Assembly: GCA_963667175.2 (NCBI GenBank)
Contig: CAXXXF010000004.1
Span: 160,001-224,000 of the forward strand
Source: Candidatus Latescibacterota bacterium
GTDB lineage: Bacteria; Latescibacterota; UBA2968; GCA-2709665
Direction: 5' to 3'
Length of the DNA stretch: 64,000 nt
Below, piece after piece: positions 28,486 to 38,900 of this stretch; the stretch's first letter is position 1, and each line of letters opens with the position of its first letter. Under the pieces are notes generated by a model that was given only the letters and a program-made list of their open reading frames with translations, did not search any database and was not told the DNA's origin. The translations under genes and the position numbers were made by a program.

Positions 28486-30099
28486 GTGAAAGACTTCGTG
28501 GACCAATATAATAAAAAAATCAGTGGCGTGGTATCGTGTTTTGATCGGGTTCTGTTCAAAGGGCACCTGCCGCTGGGATTTGGCAATGCGATGGAGCGGT
28601 TCATGGGTAATCAGGGATTTTTGTTGAAGGACTTCAAGCGTTTTGTGACGACGCATTCCAAAACGATCCATGCGCACGCGGAGGCGGTGGCGAGCAGGTA
28701 CGAGCGCCCGTTCCTCTATCTCGACCGCAACACCGTCAGGAAAGAGGAGGAAGCGCGACGCATCGCCCAACAAGATGGGATCACCCGCGGCCTGGTCTGT
28801 GTGTTCCGCGCCGTGGAGGGCTGTCAGAGTTTCAAGCTGGTTCCAGGGAAAGGAAGGCCTCGCCTGCGCAACGCCCGGCGGAAGTGCCTGTGCTACTACT
28901 TCTACTATATCGACCGTGACTTCGGGTTGCTGCATATCCGCATCCAGCCTGCCTGCGCCGGATGCTCGGCAGGCAGGTCCTGGTTCCCTCTGGTGGTGCA
29001 GGTCTGTCTCAATGGCCACGAATACCTGGCGCGCAAGCTCGATAAAAACGGCATTGCGTATGAAAAAGCAGACAACGCGTTTCTATGGATCGACGACGTG
29101 GCCCGGGCGCAACGGTTTGCCGATCGTTTTGTCGAGAAAAATTGGCCGCGCATTCTCTCGGGTCTTGCCCGCAGGGTCAACCCCCTGCTCAAAGACCTGC
29201 TTTCGGAGATGGACTATTACTGGGTCGTTGACCAGGCTGAGTTCGCCACCGACGTGATGTTCACAAGCCCCCGTGCCCTGAAGGTGCTGTATGAAAATCT
29301 GCTCAGACATACGGTGCTGTGCTTCTCTCCCCAGGACATCCTGACCTTCCTGGGCCTGCCTGCCGAGCATAGCCCGGCCTGTCTGCCGACAAGGCAGGCG
29401 CAGGCAGGACGCAAACTCCACGGCAACTTTCAGGGCGAAGTCCTCACGGACTTCAAAAACAAACGCCACCCCGGCGCACGGGTCAAACATCGGATGTGTG
29501 AGAACTGGATGAAAATGTACGACAAACACGGGCGCGTACTACGCATAGAGACAGTGATCAACCATCCAAGGCAGTTCAAGGTCCGCCGCCAGGGCATACG
29601 GCAAGGACAACGCGTGATGGGCTGGTATCCCATGGCCAAAGGCGTGGCCAACCTCTACCGCTATCGGGAAATCTCATTGAAGGCCAACCAACACTATCTT
29701 CAGGCGCTGGCAGCAGCACCGGACACCGAGAAGAGCCGTCACAGCCTCACCGCACTTTCCCGACCGCGCAGGCACAAGGGGCGTACCTATCGGGGCTTCA
29801 ATCCCGCCGACACCCACGACCTCGACCTCTTCACCGCCGTCTTGAGAGGCGAACACGCCCTGATGGGCTTCCGCAACCAGGACATCCGAAAACACCTCTT
29901 CAAGCAACCCAGATCCCTCGACCAGCGCCGACGGCAGGCCAACGCCGTCAGCCGACTCCTCAAACGCCTACACGTCCGAGGCCTGATTGCTAAAATCCCT
30001 CGCTCCAGAAGATGGCGCGTCACACAGGCCGGACACGTCACCCTCGCGACTTCACTGACACTATACCACAAGCACACAAACGCTATCCAAGCAGCATGA
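28486..30099 (+). CDS. Putative transposase/replication-initiator-like protein with C-terminal winged helix
   Basis: GGAGG RBS and GTG 28486. Motifs SGVVSCFDRVLFKG, YYFY, LNGHEYL, KMYDK..VLRIETVIN and a wHTH (RLLKRLHVRGLIAKIPRSRRWRVT). Confidence 0.75.
   Translation: MKDFVDQYNKKISGVVSCFDRVLFKGHLPLGFGNAMERFMGNQGFLLKDFKRFVTTHSKTIHAHAEAVASRYERPFLYLDRNTVRKEEEARRIAQQDGITRGLVCVFRAVEGCQSFKLVPGKGRPRLRNARRKCLCYYFYYIDRDFGLLHIRIQPACAGCSAGRSWFPLVVQVCLNGHEYLARKLDKNGIAYEKADNAFLWIDDVARAQRFADRFVEKNWPRILSGLARRVNPLLKDLLSEMDYYWVVDQAEFATDVMFTSPRALKVLYENLLRHTVLCFSPQDILTFLGLPAEHSPACLPTRQAQAGRKLHGNFQGEVLTDFKNKRHPGARVKHRMCENWMKMYDKHGRVLRIETVINHPRQFKVRRQGIRQGQRVMGWYPMAKGVANLYRYREISLKANQHYLQALAAAPDTEKSRHSLTALSRPRRHKGRTYRGFNPADTHDLDLFTAVLRGEHALMGFRNQDIRKHLFKQPRSLDQRRRQANAVSRLLKRLHVRGLIAKIPRSRRWRVTQAGHVTLATSLTLYHKHTNAIQAA
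28948..28977. repeat. 30-bp in-frame palindromic insertion (adds PACAGCSAGR)
   Basis: CCTGCCTGC-GCCGGATGCTCG-GCAGGCAGG between codons IRIQ and SWFP. Confidence 0.88.
29355..29408. repeat. 54-bp in-frame nested palindromic insertion (33 bp plus inner 21 bp at 29378-29398)
   Basis: CCTGCCTGCCGAGCATAGCCCGG[CCTGTCTGCCGACAAGGCAGG]CGCAGGCAGG. Removing it restores FLGRKLHG. Confidence 0.88.
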
Positions 30100-30153
30100 C
30101 TGAACTTCTACGCATTTTGCGTTGAAGTCTGACTGTAAGACTCTAATTCAGAA

Positions 30154-30915
30154 TTGGTGTTGACACTTCCCAATGACTTGATAAATGGAAGATGGATATC
30201 TAAAGACACACATTACACAGTAACAGCATCAGGCGGCATTGGTGATATTTCATGGGAATCTGAGGCACTCAACAATATTAGCGGCTCACTTATCCTTAGT
30301 GGTAGTGGCGATAGCCGTACGGTAAGGTTTGATCCGCCAGCGGCTCCAAAGACGAGAAGTGGAAAATTGGCATATAGCATCACTATAAAATCCGATCCTG
30401 AATTGGATGCAACAGAAAATCTAAGACAGGACCACCTTTCTGTATTGCGGCAACAGTACCACGACGTAGGTATACGGGTTCCGGGTCGGATAAGTAACTG
30501 GTTCTCTGGTGGAAGCATCAAGATTCAGACCAAACTTGAGAGTAACTATCGGAAACTCTTACAGATCTACACCAGATGGGCAAGAAAGAGAAATTGCTCT
30601 GTTACTTCGGTGGGTTTACGTAAGCACAATTCCACAAGAACTCCTCGCCACAATGCCAATTTACCACGTCGCTATAATGCTGCGAAAGAAAGCCTTCATC
30701 AGTATGGTTGTGCCTATGACTTAGGACCCATCACGGACCTAGGTGGGAACAGAGGCTATGCTGATGAACAAAACATGATTATGAAAATTTGGACAGACAG
30801 CCTGCGTCTCGGGAGCCCCAACGGCTATACCTATAAAAAGGGCAATACAGTGCATATTCAGGTTTATCGTTACAGCCACGGAAGTAATTCCATTACACGT
30901 CAAATTCCCAGATAA
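30154..30915 (+). CDS. Protein with C-terminal peptidase M15-like domain, probably 5'-truncated
   Basis: RTPRHNA...SLHQYGCAYDL...VHIQ (HxxxxxxD...H). No clear RBS, starts at the IS end, low GC. Confidence 0.6.
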   Translation: MVLTLPNDLINGRWISKDTHYTVTASGGIGDISWESEALNNISGSLILSGSGDSRTVRFDPPAAPKTRSGKLAYSITIKSDPELDATENLRQDHLSVLRQQYHDVGIRVPGRISNWFSGGSIKIQTKLESNYRKLLQIYTRWARKRNCSVTSVGLRKHNSTRTPRHNANLPRRYNAAKESLHQYGCAYDLGPITDLGGNRGYADEQNMIMKIWTDSLRLGSPNGYTYKKGNTVHIQVYRYSHGSNSITRQIPR

Positions 30916-30928
30916 AAGGAGATACGTA

Positions 30929-31957
30929 ATGAAGCTCTTGACCTTTCTTCTCACCCTGGGCTTGTTTGTTCAAGAACCTTTCGCAGAGGTAAGAACCTTT
31001 AGTTCGTCAGAATTGAAGGGTATTCGCAAAGCGTTTTTGGAAGTTGGTCAGAATGGAACTGAACGGTTGATTGGCTTTTGGAAGTACCAACACACATACG
31101 ATATTGGTGGCGGCATTATTGTGCTGAATATTGTAAACAATCAACTCGTTAAGGTCTGGGAAGACAATTCTACTTTGTCCTTTGTAATGGATTGGGGATT
31201 TGCTGATATAAACGGAGACGATAGATTTGATTTTGCAGTGGCGGGATCCGGTACTGTAAACCAGGATTTTCGCTACTTTATCGCGCTCTATTTGAGCGTT
31301 GGAGAAAATCGGTATCAGAAGCGATTATTTCCACAATCTGACCTTTTACATCACGTCGCTCTGGGCGACATAGACGGTGACCGACAAACTGAAATTTTAT
31401 TTACAGAACAGTTTGATTCCCATCCGGATGTCGAGCATTGCACCTGGCCTGAAATACGATTAAAAATTGGCAGATGGATTAATGGAAATTTACAAATTGA
31501 AGAAACAGAAATTACATTAGGCGTGGGTGATGATTGGAATCAATGGCTTCTTGGAGATGTTGATAATGATGGAAAGGATGAGGCAATTCTCCATCAATAT
31601 GACACTTCAAATGAGTTTGGTAATGATCTCCCAGGATTAGGTCGTTCAGTTTTGATTTATGATCTTGATGAGGGAACAACCCCTACCCATATAATTCAAA
31701 GACCTGGTGTCACAGACACCATACCGGTTCTCTCGGTTAATGAAAGGGGACAAATTCTCGAATTCAAGAAGGGAGACATCCGACCTACAATCATTAATCT
31801 TGATGGCGGACTATCCAAAATTGCGATCGCGGAAATACCCGAAGTAAATTACACGCAATGGTCGCCGGTACAGATAACTTCGAACTTGATTCTCAGTGAA
31901 CCTGTCGATGGCAATGGTACGGATCGCCAAATTACAATTTACGATCATGTTGATTAA
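30929..31957 (+). CDS. Secreted FG-GAP/VCBS-repeat protein
   Basis: AAGGAG RBS, signal peptide MKLLTFLLTLGLFV, repeats ADINGDDRFDF, GDIDGDRQTEI and GDVDNDGKDEA. Confidence 0.85.
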   Translation: MKLLTFLLTLGLFVQEPFAEVRTFSSSELKGIRKAFLEVGQNGTERLIGFWKYQHTYDIGGGIIVLNIVNNQLVKVWEDNSTLSFVMDWGFADINGDDRFDFAVAGSGTVNQDFRYFIALYLSVGENRYQKRLFPQSDLLHHVALGDIDGDRQTEILFTEQFDSHPDVEHCTWPEIRLKIGRWINGNLQIEETEITLGVGDDWNQWLLGDVDNDGKDEAILHQYDTSNEFGNDLPGLGRSVLIYDLDEGTTPTHIIQRPGVTDTIPVLSVNERGQILEFKKGDIRPTIINLDGGLSKIAIAEIPEVNYTQWSPVQITSNLILSEPVDGNGTDRQITIYDHVD

Positions 31958-31983
31958 GCCTTGCCGAGATGCCAGACAGATAA

Positions 31984-32019
31984 GCCGACCGGACAATGAA
32001 TCGTCCAGTCGGTTTTTTA
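31984..32019 (+). terminator. Intrinsic terminator
   Basis: GCCGACCGGAC...GTCCAGTCGGT followed by a T run. Confidence 0.7.
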
Positions 32020-32133
32020 TTGTCACCTGTATACTTTATTACACGAGGGGTACAAAGGAGATAAGTTACCTATACGTCGGCACCCGCATTGGGGGTGCAA
32101 GGGAGAGTGGGGTAACGAGGTATTGCAGGCGCC

Positions 32134-32263
32134 ATCGGGTAGAGAGGAACATTTCGGTCCCTTTCCTCCCACACCACCGTACGTTTCGGGTCCGTATGCG
32201 GCGGTTCAAGGCAAGCCCATCCGGGCATTGGTGATCCTGAGCGAGGTCGGCGACCGACCGCAC
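32134..32263 (-). mobile_element. Group IIC intron fragment (domains V-VI)
   Basis: Minus strand GAACCGCCGCATACGGACCCGAAACGTACGGTGGTGTGGGAGG...CTCTACCCGAT, the class-C-style short DV and 3' end. Confidence 0.8.
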
Positions 32264-32292
32264 CCCCTCTTTGTTTCGGTCTACTACCCTTC

Positions 32293-35250
32293 TCAGAACC
32301 TCATGCTGACCTGGCTGAAGACGAGGCGGCCCACCTCCGGGGCCCCGATGAACGACTGGTAGCGCGTATTCAGGAGATTGCTCGCGTCGAGATGTATAGC
32401 GATATCTCTTTCAACCGGCAGTTTGTAATTCAGCTTCATGTCAACCACCGTATTGGCGTCCACGTTGCCCACGTACACTCCAGACTGCATGGGAAAGGAA
32501 TCGGTGAAGCGCAGGGCGCCGCCCACCGACAGCCCCAGCCGCGCGAAGTCATACGTCGCACCCAGCTTGAACTTGTGACGGGGCGAGTTCAGTGCGACGT
32601 CGCCAACCCCCGGTACCTTTGCGTATTTGAGGTTTTTAAAGAAATTCTCGTTCACGTATGAATAATTGCCGGTCAGCCGCCATTGCGCCGTCGGAAAGTA
32701 GGCCAGGCTGAGGTCCAGCCCCCGTATGGTGATATCTTCATAGTTGCGGTAGGTCAACACCATCGCGTAGGGATCTGACGCCTGTTCCGGCGACACCGTG
32801 CCGTATGGAATCGCCGCCGCCCCGGCCACGAAGATGGAGGTCAGTTCGTCCACCGGCGAACCGTTCCCGTTGCCCTCCAGGAGTCCCGGTACCTGCACGT
32901 TGTCAACCAGCTGGATTCCGGCGGCGAGCACCGCATTGGACGGATCGGACAGCGCCTGTTCGAATCCTCGAGCCAGCGCCTCGGCGAGACTCTCCGGATC
33001 GAGAAAGACGTTTGGGGTTTCCACCGAAACCGAGCCCACGTAATTTTGGATCCTGGACTGATACAGGTCCGCGGCCACGATGAGCTTGTCGGCCAGGACG
33101 CCCTTGTAGCCGAATTCGATCGTCCTGGTAATCGCGGACTGAATCCGCGGAACGTCGTAGGCCGTAACCGGCGTGGCGCCGTCCGACTCAACGAAAAAGA
33201 AGGGCTGCAGATTGTCGTCCGGCTCTTCGCCAAGCGGCGGCGTTGCGATATTCAGCCGGCCCATGACGTTGCGGAGACCGGTCAGTTGCTCGGGAACGAT
33301 ACCGGGAAAGGCCTCAGCCAGTCCGTTCGCGACGGCCCGGGCTTCATCGGCGCCCATGCCCTGTTCGATCAGGATGCCTACGGCCATCTCCTTTACGGTC
33401 GGCAACAACTGCTCCAGCACCACCTCCCTGCCGATACCCCACATCACGTTGGTGAAAACCGGGTCGTCCAGGCGAAGATACTGGTCGGCCGGAAGGCCTG
33501 CCACCGTGGCAAATGGAGAGCGGAACAGGGGCCGGCCTCCTTCCCTCCGGAACGTGAAGCCGTAACCGTCGTCCTGGTAATTTCCCTGGGTCCAGAGGTC
33601 TATGGCGTCGAGCGTCAGGCCGCGCGACGTGAACATCGGCCCGAAGAGTCCGCTGAACCCGAAAGGGTCCCGGGTCGCCAGCAGATCGAGGTAGAGGTTG
33701 TTCGACGTGGGTGTGGTGAACGCCCGATTATAGGTCAGACGCCAGGTCTGGGTGGGCTCCGGCTTGAACACCACCGCGGCGCGGGGCGAAAATTCCGGGT
33801 CCGCGAGGCGGCTGTGATAGTCGTAGCGCAGGGCAAGCACGAGGTCGAGCATCCTGGAAAGGGAGGTTTCACTCTGCAGGTAGACTCCGAACTCGTTCAG
33901 GTCGTCGTCATCCTCGTTTCTGCCCATCACGGTTTCTTCTGTATCCGGCCGCGTCAACAGTGCGTCCAGTCCGTAGGTGAATCGCTGGCGTTTGCCCAGT
34001 TTCGACAGATGTTGCGCCTGGAATACCGTGAGGGAGGACAGGTCGACCACGGGATCGCCGGTGCGCAGCAGGAAGGTGCCGCCCGAATCGGTCCAGTTGC
34101 GGAACGCCTGGACAAACCAGTCGCCGTACAGCACGCGCATCTGGACGTAGTTGTACTGCCAGTCTCTCGTTTGCGAGGCCCCCACGCCAGTCAGCCCCAC
34201 CAGGTCCGCCCGGTTGTGCCCGGCGGAAAAAATGGCGGTGAAGTTGTCCGACTTGCGCCAGTCCAGACGCGCTTCCAGACCCAGGTTGTTGGTATCGGGG
34301 TTGCGCGTCGGAAGCGGCGGAAGGTTCAGGCCCGCGGCGATTTCTTCCTGCCTTCGTTCTCTGGCTCGCACCTCCTCCGGATCGACGTAATCCCACTCGA
34401 TCCCGGAATAGTACCGGGCGGAAACCTTATAGCCTACCCTGTCCCCGACCGTACCCGCGTGACGGATCGCGGTCTGACGCAGGCTGCGCTCTCCCAGGCC
34501 GAAATGCAGGCTCGTACCCTGCGACGTCAAGGGAGAGTGGGTAATGATGTGCATGACCCCATCCGCGCTGTTGGGTCCGTACAGCGCCGATCCCGGGCCG
34601 AGGACCACCTCGATTCGTTCCACGTCGTCGCTGGTAATGGGAATGAAATTGGGAGCGTTGACCCGCACGGACGGCACCCGGGCAACCCGATTGTCCGTCA
34701 TCATAAGCAACGTGCCGGTGAATACGCTGTTGAAGCCGCGCACAACGATGCTGCTGTTGGCCAGCCCGGTCTTCGCGAAATCAACCGACGGCAGGTCCTT
34801 TACGTGGTCGGCGACGTTCATCGAGGGGTTGCTGCGGATATCGGCGGACTCGACCACCGAAACGGAAGCGGGAGCGTCCAGGATCTTTTCACGTCGGCGG
34901 GAAGCGGAAACCACGCTCTGCTCCAGAAGAATGACCTGCTCCCTGAGCATCACGTTGAGAACGGTGGACCGCTCAGACTGTACGGCGACGTTGTCACGAA
35001 CCTCCGACCTGTACCCGATGAACGTGATCTCGATCCGGTAATTCCCCGCAGGTACGGCAATTCGAAACCGCCCGTCATCGCCGGCAGCCGCTACGGTTCG
35101 CTCCGGAAGATTCGAACCCTGAACAGAGATATAGGCGCCGGGCAGGGCCTCGCCGCCTTCCGCTTTGATCGACCCCTCGATATAGCCGTCGGGCTGGGCC
35201 AAAACGGTCCCGCACCCCAGCACCAGCCAACAAAGCAAAAACACGCGCAC
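32293..35250 (-). CDS. TonB-dependent outer-membrane receptor with N-terminal carboxypeptidase-regulatory-like domain
   Basis: Signal peptide, VVSASRR, IERIEV-like VERIEVVLGPGSALYG, NLLNTRY, terminal Phe. Confidence 0.95.
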   Translation of the reverse strand: MRVFLLCWLVLGCGTVLAQPDGYIEGSIKAEGGEALPGAYISVQGSNLPERTVAAAGDDGRFRIAVPAGNYRIEITFIGYRSEVRDNVAVQSERSTVLNVMLREQVILLEQSVVSASRRREKILDAPASVSVVESADIRSNPSMNVADHVKDLPSVDFAKTGLANSSIVVRGFNSVFTGTLLMMTDNRVARVPSVRVNAPNFIPITSDDVERIEVVLGPGSALYGPNSADGVMHIITHSPLTSQGTSLHFGLGERSLRQTAIRHAGTVGDRVGYKVSARYYSGIEWDYVDPEEVRARERRQEEIAAGLNLPPLPTRNPDTNNLGLEARLDWRKSDNFTAIFSAGHNRADLVGLTGVGASQTRDWQYNYVQMRVLYGDWFVQAFRNWTDSGGTFLLRTGDPVVDLSSLTVFQAQHLSKLGKRQRFTYGLDALLTRPDTEETVMGRNEDDDDLNEFGVYLQSETSLSRMLDLVLALRYDYHSRLADPEFSPRAAVVFKPEPTQTWRLTYNRAFTTPTSNNLYLDLLATRDPFGFSGLFGPMFTSRGLTLDAIDLWTQGNYQDDGYGFTFRREGGRPLFRSPFATVAGLPADQYLRLDDPVFTNVMWGIGREVVLEQLLPTVKEMAVGILIEQGMGADEARAVANGLAEAFPGIVPEQLTGLRNVMGRLNIATPPLGEEPDDNLQPFFFVESDGATPVTAYDVPRIQSAITRTIEFGYKGVLADKLIVAADLYQSRIQNYVGSVSVETPNVFLDPESLAEALARGFEQALSDPSNAVLAAGIQLVDNVQVPGLLEGNGNGSPVDELTSIFVAGAAAIPYGTVSPEQASDPYAMVLTYRNYEDITIRGLDLSLAYFPTAQWRLTGNYSYVNENFFKNLKYAKVPGVGDVALNSPRHKFKLGATYDFARLGLSVGGALRFTDSFPMQSGVYVGNVDANTVVDMKLNYKLPVERDIAIHLDASNLLNTRYQSFIGAPEVGRLVFSQVSMRF

Positions 35251-35691
35251 CGTCTTTCCCCCTCAAGCGATCAGGGTCCGGCCCTGAAATGGCGGATTGA
35301 AATGCAAACGCATCCTGAACGTTCTGACCGTCCGCAGGCCTGTCCGGGACATTAGCCGTTGCCCCGACGCGCCAATCACCGTAAATTCGGAGCGTAGACG
35401 TCGAATACGAACCTCTACCAGCGGACTACCCGAGGAGCCGAACGACCCGGATGTTTGCCTCAGGCCATTGTCCAATTGTCGATTTTTGTTATATATTTTT
35501 AAAGGTATATTGGAAGAACCGGTCTTGTCAACTTTTGTATTGCTGCATTTGAAGCGCGAACCGGTCTACACCTACCGTTTGCGGATCGGCAAATACACCC
35601 GTGGGGCGGAGACGAGACGCCCCAAGACGCGGGCAAATATGCGTATCGCCGGCTGGAACAACTCGAGAAAACCCGCGCGCCGTCCACTTCG

Positions 35692-35991
35692 GTGACACTG
35701 TCCGTGGGGGCCACCCGGGTAAAATGCCTGAATGCCGATGACTTTTGTCTGCTTGTAGACCGGGCGCCTTACGACGACGTCATCACGAAATTTGAATACG
35801 ATGCAGGATATCATCATACATTAAAGGTAAGCAAAATTGGCGATGGCCGCCACGTATTGGATGAAACCGTCGCGAAGACCGGGCAATTGAATACCGTCGG
35901 ATATACGCGCTTGCGTAGCTCCATGACGCCGAGCGGCGTGTCTCTGTCGGGGACGGGACGCTGGAGGTTTCATAACAGGAGAAGGACATAA
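35692..35991 (+). pseudogene. Degenerate DUF4377-like fragment
   Basis: TLSVGATRVKC...CLLVD...YDDVITKFEYDAGYHHTLKV resembles the DUF4377 pattern (C..CL....FY..IEGF.YE.GY...L.V). Confidence 0.4.
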
Positions 35992-38900
35992 TGGTCGCAT
36001 ATGGGCAAGTTGAATCTTCGGGCAACCTGAACGACGACCGCGCGAAATCCGGTTCCTCGCAGCCGATAGCGATCGTGGGTATGGCGTGTCGATTCCCCGG
36101 GGCGCCGGACGTCGCTTCATTCTGGCAATTGCTCGAAGCCGGCGAAAACGCCGTCAGCGAGGGGGTACCGGGGTCCGGCGACGGGCGCATAGGAGAGCTT
36201 TTCCCCGACGCCGATATTCAGAGCGAGGCCTGCCGGTTCGGCGCTTACCTCGACAGGATCGATCTGTTTGACGCTGCGTTCTTTCGCATTTCGCCGGTTG
36301 AGGCGCAATTGCTCGACCCGCAGCAGCGGTTGATGCTGGAAACGAGTTGGAAGGCGATCGAGGACGCGGGGATGGATCCGGATCGGCTGAAGGGCAGCCG
36401 GACCGGCGTCTACGCGGGAATCAGCAATCACGATTACCGCAGCCTGATCCTGGGTGGGACCGAAATTACCGAGCCGGCGGCAAGCCTCTATGCCGTCAGC
36501 GGCACTTCCTTCAATACAGCCATCGGACGGGTCGCCTTCGCGCTGGGACTCGAGGGGCCGGCGATGGCGCTGGACACCGCCTGCTCGTCATCGCTGGTGG
36601 CGATCCATCAGGCGGTGTCGGGCCTGCAGCGCGGCGAAGCGGACCTCGCGCTCTCCGGAGGGGTTCACCTGATCGTATCGGGGCGGCTGTCGGAACTGCG
36701 CGGGAAGGCGGGAATGTTGGCGCCCGACGGACAGTGCAAGACGTTCGACGCCGCCGCGAACGGGTACGTGCGGGGTGAAGGCTGTGGAATCGTGGTCCTG
36801 AAGCGGCTCCGCGAGGCGGAGGCGGACGGCGACCGGATCTGGGGCGTAATCCGCGGTTCGGCGGTCAACCAGGATGGCGCCAGCCCGGGGTTGACCGTAC
36901 CGAACGGCGCCTCACAGGAGCGCGTCATCGGGGAGGCGTTGTCAGATGCGGGGCTTACGCCATCGGAAGTGGATTATCTGGAGGCGCACGGGACGGGGAC
37001 GACGGTGGGCGACCCCATCGAGTTGGAGGCTGCCGCGGCCGCTTATGGCAACGGTCGCGCGGCGGACCGGCCCCTCTTGATCGGTTCGGTGAAGACGAAC
37101 ATCGGCCATCTTGAGCCTGCGGCCGGCGTTGCGGCGCTGATCAAGGTCGCGCTGGCAATGAAGCACGGCGTGATTCCCAGACACCTGAACTTCCGCGAGC
37201 CGAATCCGGCGTTGGACTGGGACAGGATGCCTCTGCGGGTGACGGCGGAACAGACAGCCTGGCCGCGCCGTCCCGAGCGGCTCCCGACGGCCGGGATCAG
37301 TGGTTTCGGCTGGTCGGGCACGAACGCACACCTGGTGGTGGAAGCGTACCATACCGAGGCGGAAGGGCAGGCTGGCGCTGAACGTCGCCAGTGGCCATCG
37401 GGAACCCGAATGCGGGTCGCCGTTACGCTTCCCGGCCAGACTGCGGGACCGGCGACGGGAACGGAAACTCCGGCTGACCGGGAAGCGCGCTTCCTGCCGC
37501 TTTCCGCGAAGTCCAATGAGGCGCTTCGAGGCCTGGCCGGGCGGTACCTGGACTGGCTGAACGAGCGCGCAGCCGAGCCTGGAGACGCGGACGAGGCACA
37601 GACCATGCTTGCCGACATGGCGTGGACGGCCGGCGTGGGCCGGAGCCACTTCACGCATCGGAAAGGCATCGTCTTCGAAGACGTTCCGTCTCTGCGCGAG
37701 GAGCTCCGTGCGCTCGCCGACTCCGGCGCGGCGAACGACGCGCCGGCGCCCTCCCGGGTTGCCTTCCTGTACACGGGTCAGGGCAGCCATTGGGTGGGTA
37801 TGGGCGAGAAGCTGTACGAGACGGAGCCCGTGTTTCGAGCGGTACTCGACCGCTGCGACGCGGTGATGAGGAAGGAACGGGGCGGCTCGCTGCTGGACGT
37901 GATGTTCGGCCGTTCAGGAGATCTTTCCAACCAGGCGTGGACGCAGGCGGCGATTTTTTCTTTAGAGTGCGCACTGACGGCGCTGTGGTCCAGCCTGGGT
38001 GTTCGCCCTCACGTTGTGCTCGGGCACAGTTTTGGCGAACACGCCGCCGCGCAGGCGGCGGGGGTGTTCGAACTGGAGGAGGGCGTACGTTTTGCCTCGG
38101 CAAGGGGCGAGCTCACGGCTGCGCTGCCGCAAGGCGGGGCCATGGCCGCGGTCTTCGCCGACGTACCGCAGGTCGAGACGGCTATCGATGAACTGAACGC
38201 CGCGTCCGACGGGATGGGACTGTGCATCGCGGCGTACAACGGCGCGCATCAGGTCGTGAGCGGCCTCGAAAACGACGTTACGGAGATCTCGGAGCGCTTC
38301 CTTGCCCGGGATGTCCGGGTCAACCGTCTCGCCACGGGAAACGCCTTCCACAGTCCCATGGTGGATCCGATGTTGGACGGTTTGGAGAACGTGGTCGCGA
38401 ATCTGGATATCGCGTCCCCTTCGCTCACGCTCGTCAGCAACGTGACGGGCAGGGTGCTGGAATCGGATGAACGGATGGACGGCGCATACTGGCGCCGCCA
38501 CTCACGCGAGCCAGTGGCATTCAGTCGGAGCATGGAGACCCTGGCGCGCCTCGGCGTCGATCTGATCATTGAAGTCGGGCCCCATTCGGTGCTGGGATCG
38601 ATGGCGACCATGGCCTGGCCGGACGCGGCGGGGAGCGCCCCGCCGCCGATTGCGCTTTCGAGCCAGTTGCGCCCCTCGAGCAGGGTGTCGCATGCGGAGG
38701 CCGACCGCGCCTTTGCAGCGGCCGCCGCAAGGGCTTACGAATCGGGACTGTCGATTTCCTTTTCCGGCCTGTTCGCCGGCGAGGAGCGGCGCCGGATCTC
38801 GTTACCGGGCTATCCGTTCCAGCGCAAGAGCCACTGGGTGAAAGCAACCAGGCGGCGGCCCGGCGCCGGTCACCCATTGCTTGGCAGCCGGCATGAATCC

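Larger units (their letters stand above)
28351..30146 (+). mobile_element. Unclassified IS-like element bounded by CTAA at both ends
   Basis: Left end CTAA-GGCGGCT..AGCCGCAACCAAA forms a hairpin and the right end is ..GACTCTAA. Single large ORF, no terminal inverted repeat, abrupt GC change on the right. Confidence 0.65.

Noticed and set aside
33046-35355. 769-aa plus-strand ORF
   Set aside because: Antisense shadow of the TonB receptor in GC-rich DNA, with no motifs.
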